From Eledone cirrhosa (lineage: Eukaryota), in assembly GCA_964016885.1 (NCBI GenBank), contig OZ024742.1, positions 49,042,001-49,106,000 of the forward strand: a stretch of 64,000 nt of DNA. The letters run 5' to 3'. This document shows, in pieces, positions 1-16,119 of the stretch. The stretch's first letter is position 1. Each line of letters starts with the position of its first letter. The translations under genes and the position numbers were made by a program. Under the pieces are notes generated by a model that was not told where the DNA came from, ran no database searches, and worked only from the letters and a program-made list of their open reading frames with translations.

Positions 1-10
1 ATATATATAT

Positions 11-130
11 AGGAACCAGTAAGACCCCGACGGCCTAGCACAAGCCGTTTCGACGGCTATTACCCACTCTACTACCCCAAGTATTGAGTACTTTGGTGCG
101 TTATGTTCCACCTGGTTCCTTACCACATTT
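11..130. mobile_element. Short PLE-terminus-like repeat (family A), collapsed fold-back copy
   Basis: Shares ATTACCCACTCTACTACC..AGTATTGAGTACT..GGTTCCTTACCACATTTCCTTCGTTAT with 2738-2878 and, in reverse, with 13680, 22671 and 48531; flanked by (TA)n. Confidence 0.7.
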
Positions 131-404
<274 letters not shown>

Positions 405-901
405 TAAACGGAATAGAAAATGCTGACAAATTGTTCACAGTGAAAAATAGTTTAATTAGGAATAAGTGAGAATTAGTAATAGTATTGGTTAGTATTGAGT
501 TTTGGTTTTTACCCGTTGAGCATTTCTAATGGTTTTCAAAAATAATCTTGAGCTAGAGCGTCCGTCATGTTTGCTCTGATCTGATTAGTTTTGGGAATTC
601 TACCTGTTTTTATGTTAAAAAAGTGGCTCCAGCGGTATTAAAATAATTTTTGCGCCAATTCGTGTTGCAAAAATTTTTGTGGTCAAAACAATTTTGATTG
701 GTCGGTAGAGGTCATGTGAATGTAAAAAATTGATTTTGCGCCAAATGTAGGTTTGTGTCGGCTGACTGAGAAATAGGTCTTTCATAACAAATATGTGTGT
801 GTGTGTAGTAGTAGTAGTAAAGAGGTTCGTTGTTGTGATAATGGTCAGCAGGGATGTGTGTGCGAACCGCAGCCTGTTGACAGTTCAAATGCCTATTAAG
901 A

Positions 902-1665
<764 letters not shown>

Positions 1666-1882
1666 TGTATGTGCCCATCAGTGTGCAATGCATGTGTGCG
1701 TTAATGTATGTGTGTGTGTCGGCACGTTTATATCTATAGACATCAAAAGGTATGCAAATTTGTGTATATTCGTGTTGCACCATAGAACATGTGTGTTTAC
1801 GTATGTCATTGTGTTTATATGTGGGTAGAGATGTGTGCTGATGTAGGTATGTATGTTGACGTGTGTATGTTGTGGGTTCGTC

Positions 1883-2608
1883 TTAGGGAGAAGTGTTTAG
1901 ACGGGGTCCGTATTTGTTAATAAAGTAAGATTCCTTGCTGATGCGCTGGGTGTGCGTGGCATTATCTTTAAATTTGTAGAGGGGAAAGATTCTGAAGTTG
2001 GGATGATTTTGGGCGGCACAGGTATCAATGTGTTCACTCAGTGGTATTTTCCTGTATTCCCGTATTTTAATTTGGGATCTATGGACAGTCATGCGTTGGC
2101 GGAGGCTGTTTTTGGTCTGGCCTATGTATTGTTCTCGACAACCTGAGCAAGTTAATACATATATTAGATTTTCTGATGCGCATGTGAAATTGTGTTTTAC
2201 TATAAAACGTTGTCCTTCTTTGAAATAGAATTCCAAACCCTCTATTAGGTTGATGCAAATGCCACAGTTGGGTCTATCGCATTTTTTTACTGTGGGTTTC
2301 GTTGTTGTGGTTAGGCAGTACTTTGGCATGTGTTAGGATGTTTTTCATTGACTTAGATTGTCTTTTGCTCTTTATGATATCGTGTGTTCGTAGGATTTGA
2401 TTCATTCTATGGTCCTTTTTCAACAAAGGGATGTTCTGGAGGATGGTGTCAAAGGCCTCATTGTTGAGGGGTTTGTGTGTGGAGATGTATGGGAGAGCTT
2501 TTAGTTTCGGTTGATTTACTTTAGGGTGTCTAAGGTCCTGGGTACTGAGTTTTAGGGCACGTTGGATTCCATTGTCAATTAGTGATGCAGGGTAGTCCCT
2601 GCCTATGA
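1883..2608 (-). pseudogene. 5'-truncated Penelope-like ORF: RT C-terminal linker plus GIY-YIG endonuclease (frameshifted)
   Basis: ORFs 2274-2636 and 1883-2329: YPASLI..LPYISTH, CDRPNCGIC, NLIYVLTCSGCREQYIGQT, R.TVHR, ESYFINKYGPRLN. Confidence 0.9.
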
Positions 2609-2654
2609 GTGTATATATATATATAAACACACACATATGCAGTATATATATATA

Positions 2655-2729
<75 letters not shown>

Positions 2730-2737
2730 TTTCATTT

Positions 2738-2875
2738 AGTCCAGAATTAGACGTCGAAACGGCTTGAGCTCAGCTGTCGGGGTCTTACTGGTTCCTATTA
2801 CCCACTCTACTACCTCAAGTATTGAGCACTTTGGTGCGTTATGGTCCACCTGGTTCCTTACCACATTTCCTTCGT

Positions 2876-2878
<3 letters not shown>
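2738..2878 (+). mobile_element. Family A short PLE terminus carrying the 3' half of a hammerhead
   Basis: GTCGAAACGGCTTGAGCTCAGCTGTCGGGGTC followed by the family A tail; (TA)n on both sides. Confidence 0.7.
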
Positions 2879-2913
<35 letters not shown>

Positions 2914-2953
2914 TATATACATATTTATATTTATATATATATATACATATTTA

Positions 2954-3025
<72 letters not shown>

Positions 3026-3071
3026 TGCATATATGTACATATATATATGTATATATATATATATATATATG

Positions 3072-3157
<86 letters not shown>

Positions 3158-3957
3158 CTATATATCATACATACACACATAAATACATACATACACATGT
3201 GTGTATTGAATGAATTAACCATCCAAATGTCAAATCAACAACGAGTCATCTAATGGCAAAGGAGTTTTAAATGTTGGCAGCGAATGGAATAATCTATTTA
3301 TTAATTTTAGATTTTGATGTTCTCGCTTTTCCTTTTACACTGGTAAGTATGGAATGAACGTTCGTAGAGTGCGTCGACGAATGATCCCGTTGTTCTAACT
3401 CCGCAACATACATTATTGGGCAGTGAATGAGCATTCCCAATAGAGGTGTGCAATTAAGGTAATTATCACAAAGATTTAGTAAGACAATGTAACAATGTAA
3501 CAATGCTGGCCTTTTATATTACAGGTACAATCTATCGAGCGGGTTTTTTTACAGTTTCAGTCGCTTCATTATTCTGAAGAGGGTACTTGACTTGTACTCT
3601 AGTCAGTGACTGATAAATTTGACTCTATCGTATGAAAATGACGTCTAAATACTCGGCTTTTGTTGAGGTTTTTGATTTTAGTGACAGCAATGATGTTGAA
3701 GGTGTTATTAGTTGAGGTGGAGTTTATGTTAATAGTGTTATTCTTGATGGAGGTGTTTCTGGTGTTGTTGTTGCTGGCCTTAATAATAGAATTCTTGGTG
3801 ATGGTACGAGTGCTAATGTTAGTAGATGTAACGTTGGCGGTGGATTTGATCAGATCTACGTAAGCTCTGATCATCAAAGAAATGGTCGTTCTTACTATCT
3901 TTTCTTTTAGAATAGAGTGTAATACATTATAAATGTAATAATTATTAAAACGATAGC

Positions 3958-4140
3958 GGTGAATTGACAGTATCGGTAAGGGTCGGACGCCATGCTTTGA
4001 AGCATAGAGTTACCTCCCTTTATGATCTGAGTTCAAATCCCGCTGAGGTTAACTCTGCCTTCCATCCTTACGGGGTCGATAAAATAAAGTACTAGTAATG
4101 CACTGGAATAATTGCTGGCCTTGTGCCAAAAGTAGAAACA
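3958..4140 (+). mobile_element. tRNA-type SINE with target-site duplication
   Basis: A-box-like TGACAGTATCGG, B-box GAGTTCAAATCC, core GGGGTCGATAAAATAAAGTAC; 17-bp TSD ATTATTAAAACGATAGC at 3941-3957 and 4141-4157. Confidence 0.9.
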
Positions 4141-4847
4141 ATTATTAAAACGATAGCATGTGACTGGAGAGAGAGCTGCGTGTTATTTCTAGCAAGTATA
4201 TTATTGTATAGTGGTTTACTCATTCACCCTGGTAGAAGGTGAAACATAGGTAGGATATGTAGCATACCAACACCAAAACTACAACAACAAGAACCATTAA
4301 CAACACTAACATCAACACCACTACCATCGTCACCACTGCTATCAGTAAATAACAAACATCTATTTCTAATGACCGGCGAACCAAGAACTACAACAACAAA
4401 TACTAATACAATAATAACAACAAACACACCAACAACCATCAATACAAAAACAACAAAAATAAGATCAACAACAATAATAAAATAACAAAAACAACATCAA
4501 TAAGACAAAAACACAACAACAACAGCAGCAATAACTACATCAATAAAAGTAACAAAAACAATTATACAAAAAGCGTCTACAATATAAATGAATGAAAGTT
4601 AAAGTTTTGTTAGATTTACTCGGCTCTATCAGTCCATGACGTCACCTCTTTATAATGCACAAATACACCTGGCAATATTCTGTACATGGCTGTTCACCAC
4701 GTATGTTAGGAATATGTTGTCTATTGCAGTCTATTATATTATATAAGATCAGCACTTGTCATCATAAATCATCAGAAGCATTTCACATACACAGACACAG
4801 ACACACACATAGACACACGCACACATACACACTCCCATACACACTCC

Positions 4848-4996
<149 letters not shown>

Positions 4997-5658
4997 TATT
5001 TTAAAATAAAAGGAAAGCACAAACGGGTGACAATCCCTTCTTTCTTTGTCTGATGGATATTTCAACGCATTAAAGACAATATGTCTAGCTTCAGTGCGTA
5101 AATAACTAGTGGAAGTTATTGGGGATACACACATATACAGAGAGAGAGAGTGAGCGGTATTGAGACCGAGGAGACACTACTAGATACAGGGGGAGATGTA
5201 CAGTGGGTATAGAGAGATGTAAAATTGGTATTTTACATCTCTCTCTTTCTATCTATCTATCTATTTATGGTACTCAATAAACGTAATGAAGACATAACAA
5301 ATCACCCTTGCATGATTATAAGTACACTCTGCTTAGTTCTACAACTCTTTACCGACGGGAAACTACGCATTGAGTGCTCACTCGGTTGAATCTACAGTAA
5401 CTGCACGTTAAATTCCCTATATATATAAACATACATTTGTGTGTGTGTGGGGGGGGGTATGGTATATATATTGTCCTTGTGTCCGTGTGTGTCCGTGTGT
5501 GAACAGGAGTATGGCATCGATGGACCATTCAAAGTGTGTATCACACACCAGGGAGAGCGGCTACATCTCTGACAAGACCCGCTGTAAATGAATGTGCGAG
5601 GACTCTGTCCCCCACGACCCTCTCAGGAATAATTTCATATAGAAATATATATATATAC

Positions 5659-5792
<134 letters not shown>

Positions 5793-5965
5793 TTAAAGAT
5801 TTCTATCTGATGAACGACTTCAGACGTCTCTGTTAAAATCGTCTAACTTCGTGAACCATTGGGTAATGGAATAATTATATTGTTTTGTTTATTACATAAT
5901 TACATAGAGCACCCTTCTTTACTTTACGTTTTCCTCGGAAATACTTAACATATATATATATGACA

Positions 5966-6053
5966 TCTACAGGACAAGAACTGTTTCATTCGTATTAAAA
6001 CATCCGGATTCGTGATCATTTCATATGAATGAAACAATTCTAGTTTTGTAGAA
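5966..6053. repeat. Small fold-back hairpin related to the HHR-bearing PLE end at 26515
   Basis: TCTACAGGACAAGAACTGTTTCATTC ... GAATGAAACAATTCTAGTTTTGTAGA, imperfect inverted repeat. Confidence 0.6.
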
Positions 6054-6099
6054 TATGTGTGTATGTACGTATGTATAGGCATATATATATTTATATATA

Positions 6100-7710
<1,611 letters not shown>

Positions 7711-7789
7711 CATACATATATATACACACGATTCTTTAATCTCTTCAAATAACCAAAGTCTCACTCACGTATCAAATAACAAATATCTT

Positions 7790-8901
7790 AAAACGCACAC
7801 AAGGGTAAAAAAAATAAATATCACTACTGACCAACAAGCCCACAACGGACGAAATTGGTCTGAAAATGAAATTGACCTCCTAATAAACACATGGTGTTCT
7901 ATGTCCCAAACAATAAACATTAACACGTCGTGTCTGAATGAAATTGCTGAAAAAACAGCTCAAACATTTACCACGAGGTGCTAAGCAGATACACAACAAA
8001 CTAAAACATGTAGAAGTCTCTTTCAAACTAATTCAAAATCATTTTGAAAAACCTCTATATATTTACTCCAATGGGCAAACACAACAACAGCAAAAACATC
8101 AACAACGGCCACAACAACAACAACAGCCAGAAAGCCAGGAGCAACAACTACTGAATTAAAGCATAATAGCTGAATTACTGAATGACAGTATCACTCAGCC
8201 ACTTACTCAGCCATCATTATCGCAATCACTATCAACACCGTCACCAACTTCTGCCACATCAACATCTTCTGCCACATCAACTGCTAGTAATAGACCACTG
8301 CTCTCTCTCCCACCACAGTTGTCATCATCATCATCACCACTAATGCTTTATTTCCCCCACATCACCACCACAACCATGCCATAGTCAAAAGAACTTAAAA
8401 AAAAAAAGATCTATGGAGATGTATGCACCCCCACCCCCACCCCCCACTACACATACTTGAAACCCCAAAATATGCCGCTACTCACTACGTCAGAGGCTAT
8501 GCACACGTAGCGACTGTATATTTACCCATTTACCGGGTACTAGGCGCACTAACACTGCCAGCCAACACCAAACACGCTGCCCGCACGTATAGGTCGCAGT
8601 CCCAAAATCTGCCAACATTCCCAACGTGAGAGGCTATGTCTGCTGACTGACTGTCCCTTCACTCATCTTCCTGGGACACAACGCACGAACAGAAAAGGGG
8701 CTACAATGCCAACCCACAAACCACAATAAAGCCACCCCCTGCTGCGGTAATGCTGCTCCAGTCTCCTCACAAAGACATGATTACAACAACAAAAACAACA
8801 AAAGTAATGCTGCTCCAGTGTTTTCACAAAGACACGATCACAACAACAACAAATACAACAACAACAAAAATAACGCTGCTCCAGTCTTTTCACAAAGACA
8901 C

Positions 8902-8932
<31 letters not shown>

Positions 8933-9888
8933 GACGGAACTGCAACCCTATCCAATGTTGTAACCACAAATCCAATCAAAAACTGCTCCCTGAACAAAAA
9001 AAAATCTTTCTTTTTTAGCCATGAACCTAGCAAAAGAGATAGCGAAAAACATTTTAGCCATCACCCAACACCATCCTTGCTGTCACTAACACACAATCAC
9101 AAAACAAGCCCCCTGCAACAGTAAAACCCAGCCACCACACTAGCCTCCACATTCTTACTCAATACAAAAGGTATCAGCCCATCCATCAATGCACAGAAAT
9201 GGAAGATACAATTCATTTAGGATTGCGTTGGTAACCATCCATTTCACATCCCTTTCTTCATTCTTACATAGACCCACCTTGACAACTCCCACTTGGAGGC
9301 CGAAGTAAGAGTGAGAAATTTCACAACCATCCGTGCGCATCGTGTTGGCAGAAGGAAGGATGGAACTGCCATTTTCCTGCATAATTCCTTTACGACAGAT
9401 GGCAACACAACATTCCCTAATGGATACTGTGAATCAGTCACTGTGCACAATAAAACCAATGACCTGATATTAGTTGGGCTCTGATATCAGCTTTGCCCAA
9501 ATGATGTTGGCATCACCTTTAGTGTACACCCAAGGCTTGGGCCCCGTGCTATCCGCCCACGACAAAAATCTCTCTCGCATCACATAACAATACGGCACAA
9601 TTATTTCACCTCAATTGGCGTTGCACTCTTGAACATTACACCAAGATACATCAAAGCAGAGACAGACCCCATCAAGTTCAAGAAGTCTTTGGATATATTC
9701 CTTCAAGAAATCCCGAATAAGCCTCCTACACCTGGATATGCCTCCGTAAACAATAACTCTCTGCTCGACTGGGCCATGGTGCCCAAACACTGATTTGTAA
9801 GACTTCGCCAGGTGATGTTATTAAGTTGGACATGGCCTGGGCCAATACTGGCCGAAACCTATCAAAGTTATCAAAGTTATCAAAGTTA
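7790..9888 (+). mobile_element. Degenerate, internally deleted CR1/L2-group LINE
   Basis: ORF1 remnants (Myb/SANT-like, two CCCH fingers); APE N-terminus (LNTKG..THL..RAHRVGRRKDGTAIFL..CESV) at ~9150-9484 joined to the ORF2 C-terminus (FKKSLDIFLQEIPNKPPTPGY..NSL*); (TATCAAAGT)3 tail. Confidence 0.75.
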
Positions 9889-10176
9889 TATATATATATA
9901 TATATATATAGCGGCGATGAATTAGTTTTGCGAGGTTTTTTATATGAAATCGTGTGTCGAAACAGATATTGTTATATTTGGGGAGGGTCATATTTGCGTA
10001 ATATTGCCAGAATTAATAACAGAACACACTCACTGTTTGGTTGGTTTTCGCTTCTCGCTGTCTTTTATATATATCTATCTGCGATCTAACTTACTCGGTC
10101 CTCAATGTTGCCATTGACTGACCGGCGGTCAAAAATAATACAGATACAATATAGACAAACACATATATATATAGTT

Positions 10177-10220
10177 TACATAAATCTTTCGTTGCACATC
10201 TGCAACATCGTCAGTGGTGT
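10177..10220 (-). ncRNA. Hammerhead-ribozyme-like core in PLE 3' UTR
   Basis: Minus strand CTGACGA-t-GTTGCA(gatg)TGCAAC-GAAA-GATTTA; stem II clear, stem I weak. Confidence 0.5.
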
Positions 10221-10486
10221 TATATTCATTGTTCCTCCTGTTGTGTTGTATGTCTACGCCATTTTTTTTGTTCAGTCTGTCTATATATTTATTTATTTAT
10301 TTGCTTGTTTGTTTATCTTATTTTATTTTGTCTTCTTTGCGCATGCGTTTGCGTGTGTGTATAGTGTTATGTGTGATGTGTGACTAGTGTGTATAGTGTT
10401 GTGTCTGCTGGGTGACTAGTGTGTGTTTATGTGCTTGTGTATGTATTTATTTATCTTATTTTATTTAATTTAATTTACTTATTTAT

Positions 10487-12405
10487 TTATACTTCTCTTA
10501 GGTCAGTGTTGTTTGTTTGGGTGTTGTTGTTGTTCCACTCATTCTTTCTGTTTAGCTTTGGTCTTCTAATTTCTATTTCACTGGCCTCTCTGATTTGCCT
10601 ATCTGCTGGGTCATTCCTATGTTTAGATATTATTCTAATTTCTATGTTGTCTATGTTACCGTCATGATGTTGTCTAGCATGTTCGTATAGTACTGACCCG
10701 TTTTTTCGTCCTTTTAGTTCCCCCCAGTGTTGGTCTATCCTTTCACCTATGCTACGAGCTGTCTCACCTATGTATGTTGTTGTCGTGTTTCTGCAAGTAC
10801 CCTCTGTACATCTTATGCTATAGACTACGTTTCTAGTTTTACAGTTTATCCGGGGGTTCACCTTACATATGATACATTTCCTATTGGTACAGTGGGTTTT
10901 CTTAAAAGGGTAGGTTTTGCTGATCAGGGATTTTATGGTGGTTCCTGGCTTTTCTACCACCTTTATTTTTAAGTGGGTCTTTCTCAGGGCCTTTCTACAC
11001 TGGTTAGCTAATTTCCCTCCAGGGGTGGCGTCCACAAACATGACACTCTGATATCTCTGGTTGTCGTACCATGATGTGGCCTTCCCTATCTTATGTCTAG
11101 CCCTATCTAAGCTATTCCATGATTTGCTCCTGTATAGTGGGCAAATTCCTTTCATGTCCAGTTCTATGAGGGTCTTATACTTTTCCATGGCTCCTTCGTA
11201 TACTCTGACTCTGTCTCTTTGGTTGTAGCCAGAGAAGTGCATGCGGTTGATGAAGTGTTGGATGTGTCCTTCCATTTCTGTTGGGTCGCACATGCTGGAC
11301 ACATTCTTCATCACTCGTACCAAATCTGCGATCAGAATATTAAACTTAGCACTACTGGACATTGCTGAGTTTTTGAGTATCAGGTATTTGGAGGCCATGG
11401 GTTTAGCATAGTGTGAGTGGAGAATTTGGGCTCTCTCGTCTATAGTGTTAATCCAGAGTTCTGTGTCTAATACAGGTAGTCTATTGTTAGGGTGTTTGGA
11501 AGGGAAGTCTATAGTTACAGTTATACTCTGGTGTATGGAATTAGCTATCTGCTGGATGCTTTCCATCGTGCTACGTTCTAAATCAAACTTGTTAGTGCTC
11601 TCTAGTGGGGGTGTTCTTATAACTATATTGATATCGTCTACATAACGAGAGTACATGATGAGGTCTATGGAGCTTTCATTAAGGAGATCTTTAAGTCTCC
11701 TTTCCCACTATACCATGAAAAGGTTGGCAACATCGCCAGCTATGCTGACGCCGATGGCTGCTCCCTCATTTTGGGTGTAGATTTTCTCATTGAACTTAAA
11801 TATGTGGCCCTTTAGGGTAGTTTTGATACTAGCCCCTATTGCATGTGCGACCATTTTTCTTACCTGATCAGTGTTTTGGGGGGTCCGTATAGCTTTGGTC
11901 CACCCAATCCACCTTCCTATGGGAGTCTTTTTAGCCATTGAGGTTATGGTGGGGGGTCTACCTCTTATAGGTCTACTGGGGCAGAAACATCTAAGGTCAT
12001 GGCTGTCTAGGTAGTCAGTGTCGTAGGTAAGTCTAAGTAGGAGGCCCAGTTCGTCTGTGTCGACGTCGCAGAACTCCACCTCACTCTCAATGATCATCTC
12101 CACACATCTTTTCACAGCAAAATCAATGTTAATGGATGGGTACAGTGACACCACATCCATGCTGCCTATTATGCAGTTGGATAGGCTCCTGTTTTTGTTG
12201 CACTCACTGATTCTGCTGAGGAGGTCCTCTGTACTTTCACATACATCTGGGGACATCTTGATTATGGGGCGTATAACCATTGAGAGGAAGTAGGAGATCC
12301 TGTAGTTGCTAGCTATATTAGCTCCGCATACAGGTCTTGTTGGTGGTCCTGTTGTCGGGTCGTCGACTGTCTTGTGGTCTTTGCGGAGCCCATACAAGGG
12401 TGGTA
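10487..12405 (-). pseudogene. PLE reverse transcriptase / GIY-YIG endonuclease ORF with one in-frame TAG at 11708-11710
   Basis: PPLYGLRKDHK, RPVC, SMDVVSLYPSI, GAAIGVSIAGDVANLFM, YSRYVDD, CTNRKCIIC, NVVYSIRC..YIGET; both ORF halves are in the same frame. Confidence 0.95.
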
Positions 12406-13163
12406 TGCCACTTAAAAATAAAGGTGGTAGAAAAGCCAGGAACCACCATAAAATCCCTGATCAGCAAAACCTACCCTTTTAAGAAAACCCACTGTACCAA
12501 TAGGAAATGTATCATATGTAAGGTGAACCCCCGGATAAACTGTAAAACTAGAAACGTAGTCTATAGCATAAGATGTACAGAGGGTACTTGCAGAAACACG
12601 ACAACAACATACATAGGTGAGACAGCTCATAGCATAGGTGAAAGGATAGACCAACACTGGGGGGAACTAAAAGGACGAAAAAACGGGTCAGTACTATACG
12701 AACATGCTAGACAACATCATGACGGTAACATAGACAACATAGAAATTAGAATAATATCTAAACATAGGAATGACCCAGCAGATAGGCAAATCAGAGAGGC
12801 CAGTGAAATAGAAATTAGAAGACCAAAGCTAAACAGAAAGAATGAGTGGAACAACAACAACACCCAAACAAACAACACTGACCTAAGAGAAGTATAAATA
12901 AATAAGTAAATTAAATTAAATAAAATAAGATAAATAAATACATACACAAGCACATAAACACACACTAGTCACCCAGCAGACACAACACTATACACACTAG
13001 TCACACATCACACATAACACTATACACACACGCAAACGCATGCGCAAAGAAGACAAAATAAAATAAGATAAACAAACAAGCAAATAAATAAATAAATATA
13101 TAGACAGACTGAACAAAAAAAATGGCGTAGACATACAACACAACAGGAGGAACAATGAATATA

Positions 13164-13207
13164 ACACCACTGACGATGTTGCAGATGTGCAACGAAAGAT
13201 TTATGTA
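13164..13207 (+). ncRNA. Hammerhead-ribozyme-like core (inverted-arm copy)
   Basis: CTGACGA at 13170-13176, hairpin GTTGCA/TGCAAC, GAAA at 13194-13197. Confidence 0.5.
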
Positions 13208-13410
13208 AACTATATATATATGTGTTTGTCTATATTGTATCTGTATTATTTTTGACCGCCGGTCAGTCAATGGCAACATTGAGGACCGAGTAAGTTAGAT
13301 CGCAGATAGATATATATAAAAGACAGCGAGAAGCGAAAACCAACCAAACAGTGAGTGTGTTCTGTTATTAATTCTGGCAATATTACGCAAATATGACCCT
13401 CCCCAAATAT

Positions 13411-13465
<55 letters not shown>

Positions 13466-13646
13466 TATGTTAGTTTTTTTCGTTACTTTGGTATTGCGTG
13501 TTAGGTTTTGCCTACCACAATGTTCAATTTGTCAAGCTATTTAAACGTATGTTATTACTCTAAGGACCTACCCTGATTGAGTGTTTTGCTTAGGTCGAAT
13601 TTGCTTGCCCACGGCCAAAGCTTCGATTTGACTAAGTTTCCACTTG

Positions 13647-13679
<33 letters not shown>

Positions 13680-13683
<4 letters not shown>

Positions 13684-13884
13684 CGAAGGAGTTGTGGTAA
13701 GGAACCAGATGGACCACAACGCACCAGAGTACTCAATACTTAGGGTAGTACAGTGGGTAATAGGAAAATGTATGACCCGGACGGCAGAGCTGAAGCCGTT
13801 TCGAAGGCTCTTTCTGGACTACCTAATACAGAAATAGCCGTCGAAACGGCTTGAGCTCTGCCGTCGGGATCATACATGTTCCTA
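13680..13884 (-). mobile_element. Family A short PLE terminus with fold-back arms
   Basis: Arms ~13759-13815 and ~13829-13884 plus an ~80-nt unpaired extension; (TA)n flanks. Confidence 0.75.
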
Positions 13885-14317
13885 TATATATATATATTTT
13901 TATATATATATTATACATATGTGTGTGTGTGTGTGTGTGTATTTGCATATTGCGCGAAAGAGAGAGAATGTATTCAGGGTTTGGATGATAGAATCTTAAT
14001 ATTGACAGGGTGAACGAGAGTTAAACAGTGACGCACAATTGTCATAGTATTCGGGTGGGGGTAAGGCGTATTTAGTACACGATAGGGCATGGTAGTTGGG
14101 TGGGGTTTAAAAGAAGAAAGTCACTGCTTGTGGACTTTGTACTCGGACTTCAACTGTTACTATGGCAACAACTGTTGTTTGATAATATCCCCTCGCCCAT
14201 CTCTATTGTGTGTTGAATCCTATTGTCTGGCATAATTTAATATGTATGCCGACGTCCACAGGGGCCACTTGAATTTACAGGATTAGAGATATTGGCCTAT
14301 GTGTAAGAGAAACACAA

Positions 14318-14363
<46 letters not shown>

Positions 14364-14376
14364 TTATTCATATATA

Positions 14377-14478
<102 letters not shown>

Positions 14479-14483
14479 TACAT

Positions 14484-14528
<45 letters not shown>

Positions 14529-14671
14529 TATATATATATGAATACATTATATATATACACAAAGGCAGGGATGGGCAGCGACTATATATAGACTAATAGT
14601 ATACGCGATATAGGGGTTGACACATCCTCTCTTAAATGGAAAAATTAACCCAAATCCGACTCTCTCCCTCT

Positions 14672-14873
<202 letters not shown>

Positions 14874-15104
14874 TGCACATTTATTGGGCTGACGCACACA
14901 CTCACTCTTATATGATATTTTCATATTTCAATTGCTCAGTACTTGAAGATCTGGCCACAGCATATTTCTTTCAAAGAAGAAAGAGAAGAGAGAGAGAGAG
15001 ATAGTTTGTGTGCGTGTGTATATATGTGTTTGTGTCTATGTGTGCGTGTGTCTTTGTGTGTGTAAGTGATAAGGAGGTATTAAGAAAGAGACTTAGGAAG
15101 AATA

Positions 15105-15258
15105 TACCCTAGTACTGGACTGGTATTTATTTATGGTCACCGAATTAAAGGAAGGTAAATTTGACTTCGGCAGGCTTTCAACTGAACGCGCAGAATACCA
15201 CAACGAATACCCTAATCTATACAATCCGACATTTTAAAGATTCTACCAATTCGCAACC
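15105..15258 (-). mobile_element. Diverged tRNA-type SINE
   Basis: Reverse-complement similarity to the 3958 SINE (CTGGTATTTATTT..GGTAAATTTGACTTCGGC..GATTCTACCAATTCGC). Confidence 0.6.
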
Positions 15259-16119
15259 TTCCACTAGAAAAAGAAGGTGGGGTAATTTTAACAAAATATT
15301 CCACAAACGCTGTGCTAACATTTAGATTTCACACCAAACCTGATTGTCATTCATCAAAATTATTTGAATTAGCAGGGCTGATCATTCACCGAGCTTTGCA
15401 ATATTTCTGTATGTTTATCAGAATTATCAGAATGTTTGTTTCAATTCATAGGAGGCATTAGTATTAATTGTCCACAGTAACGACAATAGCCATACATATT
15501 TTGCATAGAGCGTTATGTATCAACATCACGATATTTGATTCTGTTGTCTTTACTTTAACAATGTAGAATTGCAGTATTGAAATTCACTGCAGTTTCTATG
15601 TCATACAAACCACGATCAAAATATATGAAATGTTAATTTACTTCGTCTAATTTGTTGTTTTGACTTCATTCAACTTGGCTACTCTCGTGAATAATTTGGA
15701 GCTGCTATATCCGAAAACACGAACAACCCCAGACCTCAACTTACTTCAAATTGATTTTATGATATGGTCGACCATGCGACAGCCTCAAGTGTAATATGGT
15801 AATAGGTGTTTGGGGGGTTAAACATATGGTACATATTCGAGCTGTCCGGGCTGGCTTCGATTTCAAATACTGCCGTCCTCAGATTTGCATTTCATGCCAT
15901 TTAGTGATCGAAGAAAGAAGTACCTCTTTACGGGTGTGGATAGGCGAAACTGGTTTGGATATCTTTTAGCATATATTCAGATTCGTTATGTTTTGATATG
16001 TTAAGACGGGTCACCACAATTGAAACATATAAGCAACATAATCACAGATACAATCTCATAAGAGGCTTGCTAAATCTACGAAGATGTAAACCATAACAAT
16101 AGCAAGTAGTGTACAATAG

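Larger units (their letters stand above)
9910..13418 (-). mobile_element. Penelope-like retroelement, 5'-truncated, with a ~1-kb inverted terminal duplication
   Basis: RT plus GIY-YIG on the minus strand; 9966-10977 is the near-perfect reverse complement of 12408-13418; inserted in (TA)n. Confidence 0.95.

Noticed and set aside
3294-3877. Minus-strand ORFs as terminal host exons
   Set aside because: Low-complexity N/T-rich or motif-free, with no convincing splice chain
3958-4045. tRNA gene (A/B boxes)
   Set aside because: No cloverleaf; it continues into a shared core and tail with a TSD, so it is a SINE head
10487-12405. Telomerase or bacterial retron/group II intron RT
   Set aside because: The C-terminal GIY-YIG domain and motif spacing are diagnostic of Penelope-like elements
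9966-13418. DNA transposon with 1-kb TIRs
   Set aside because: The interior encodes RT/GIY-YIG and the arm duplicates the ORF end, which is the known inverted pLTR structure of PLEs
13960-14290. Possible PLE 3' remnant (SAYI..HNRDG on the minus strand)
   Set aside because: Similarity too short and no HHR found
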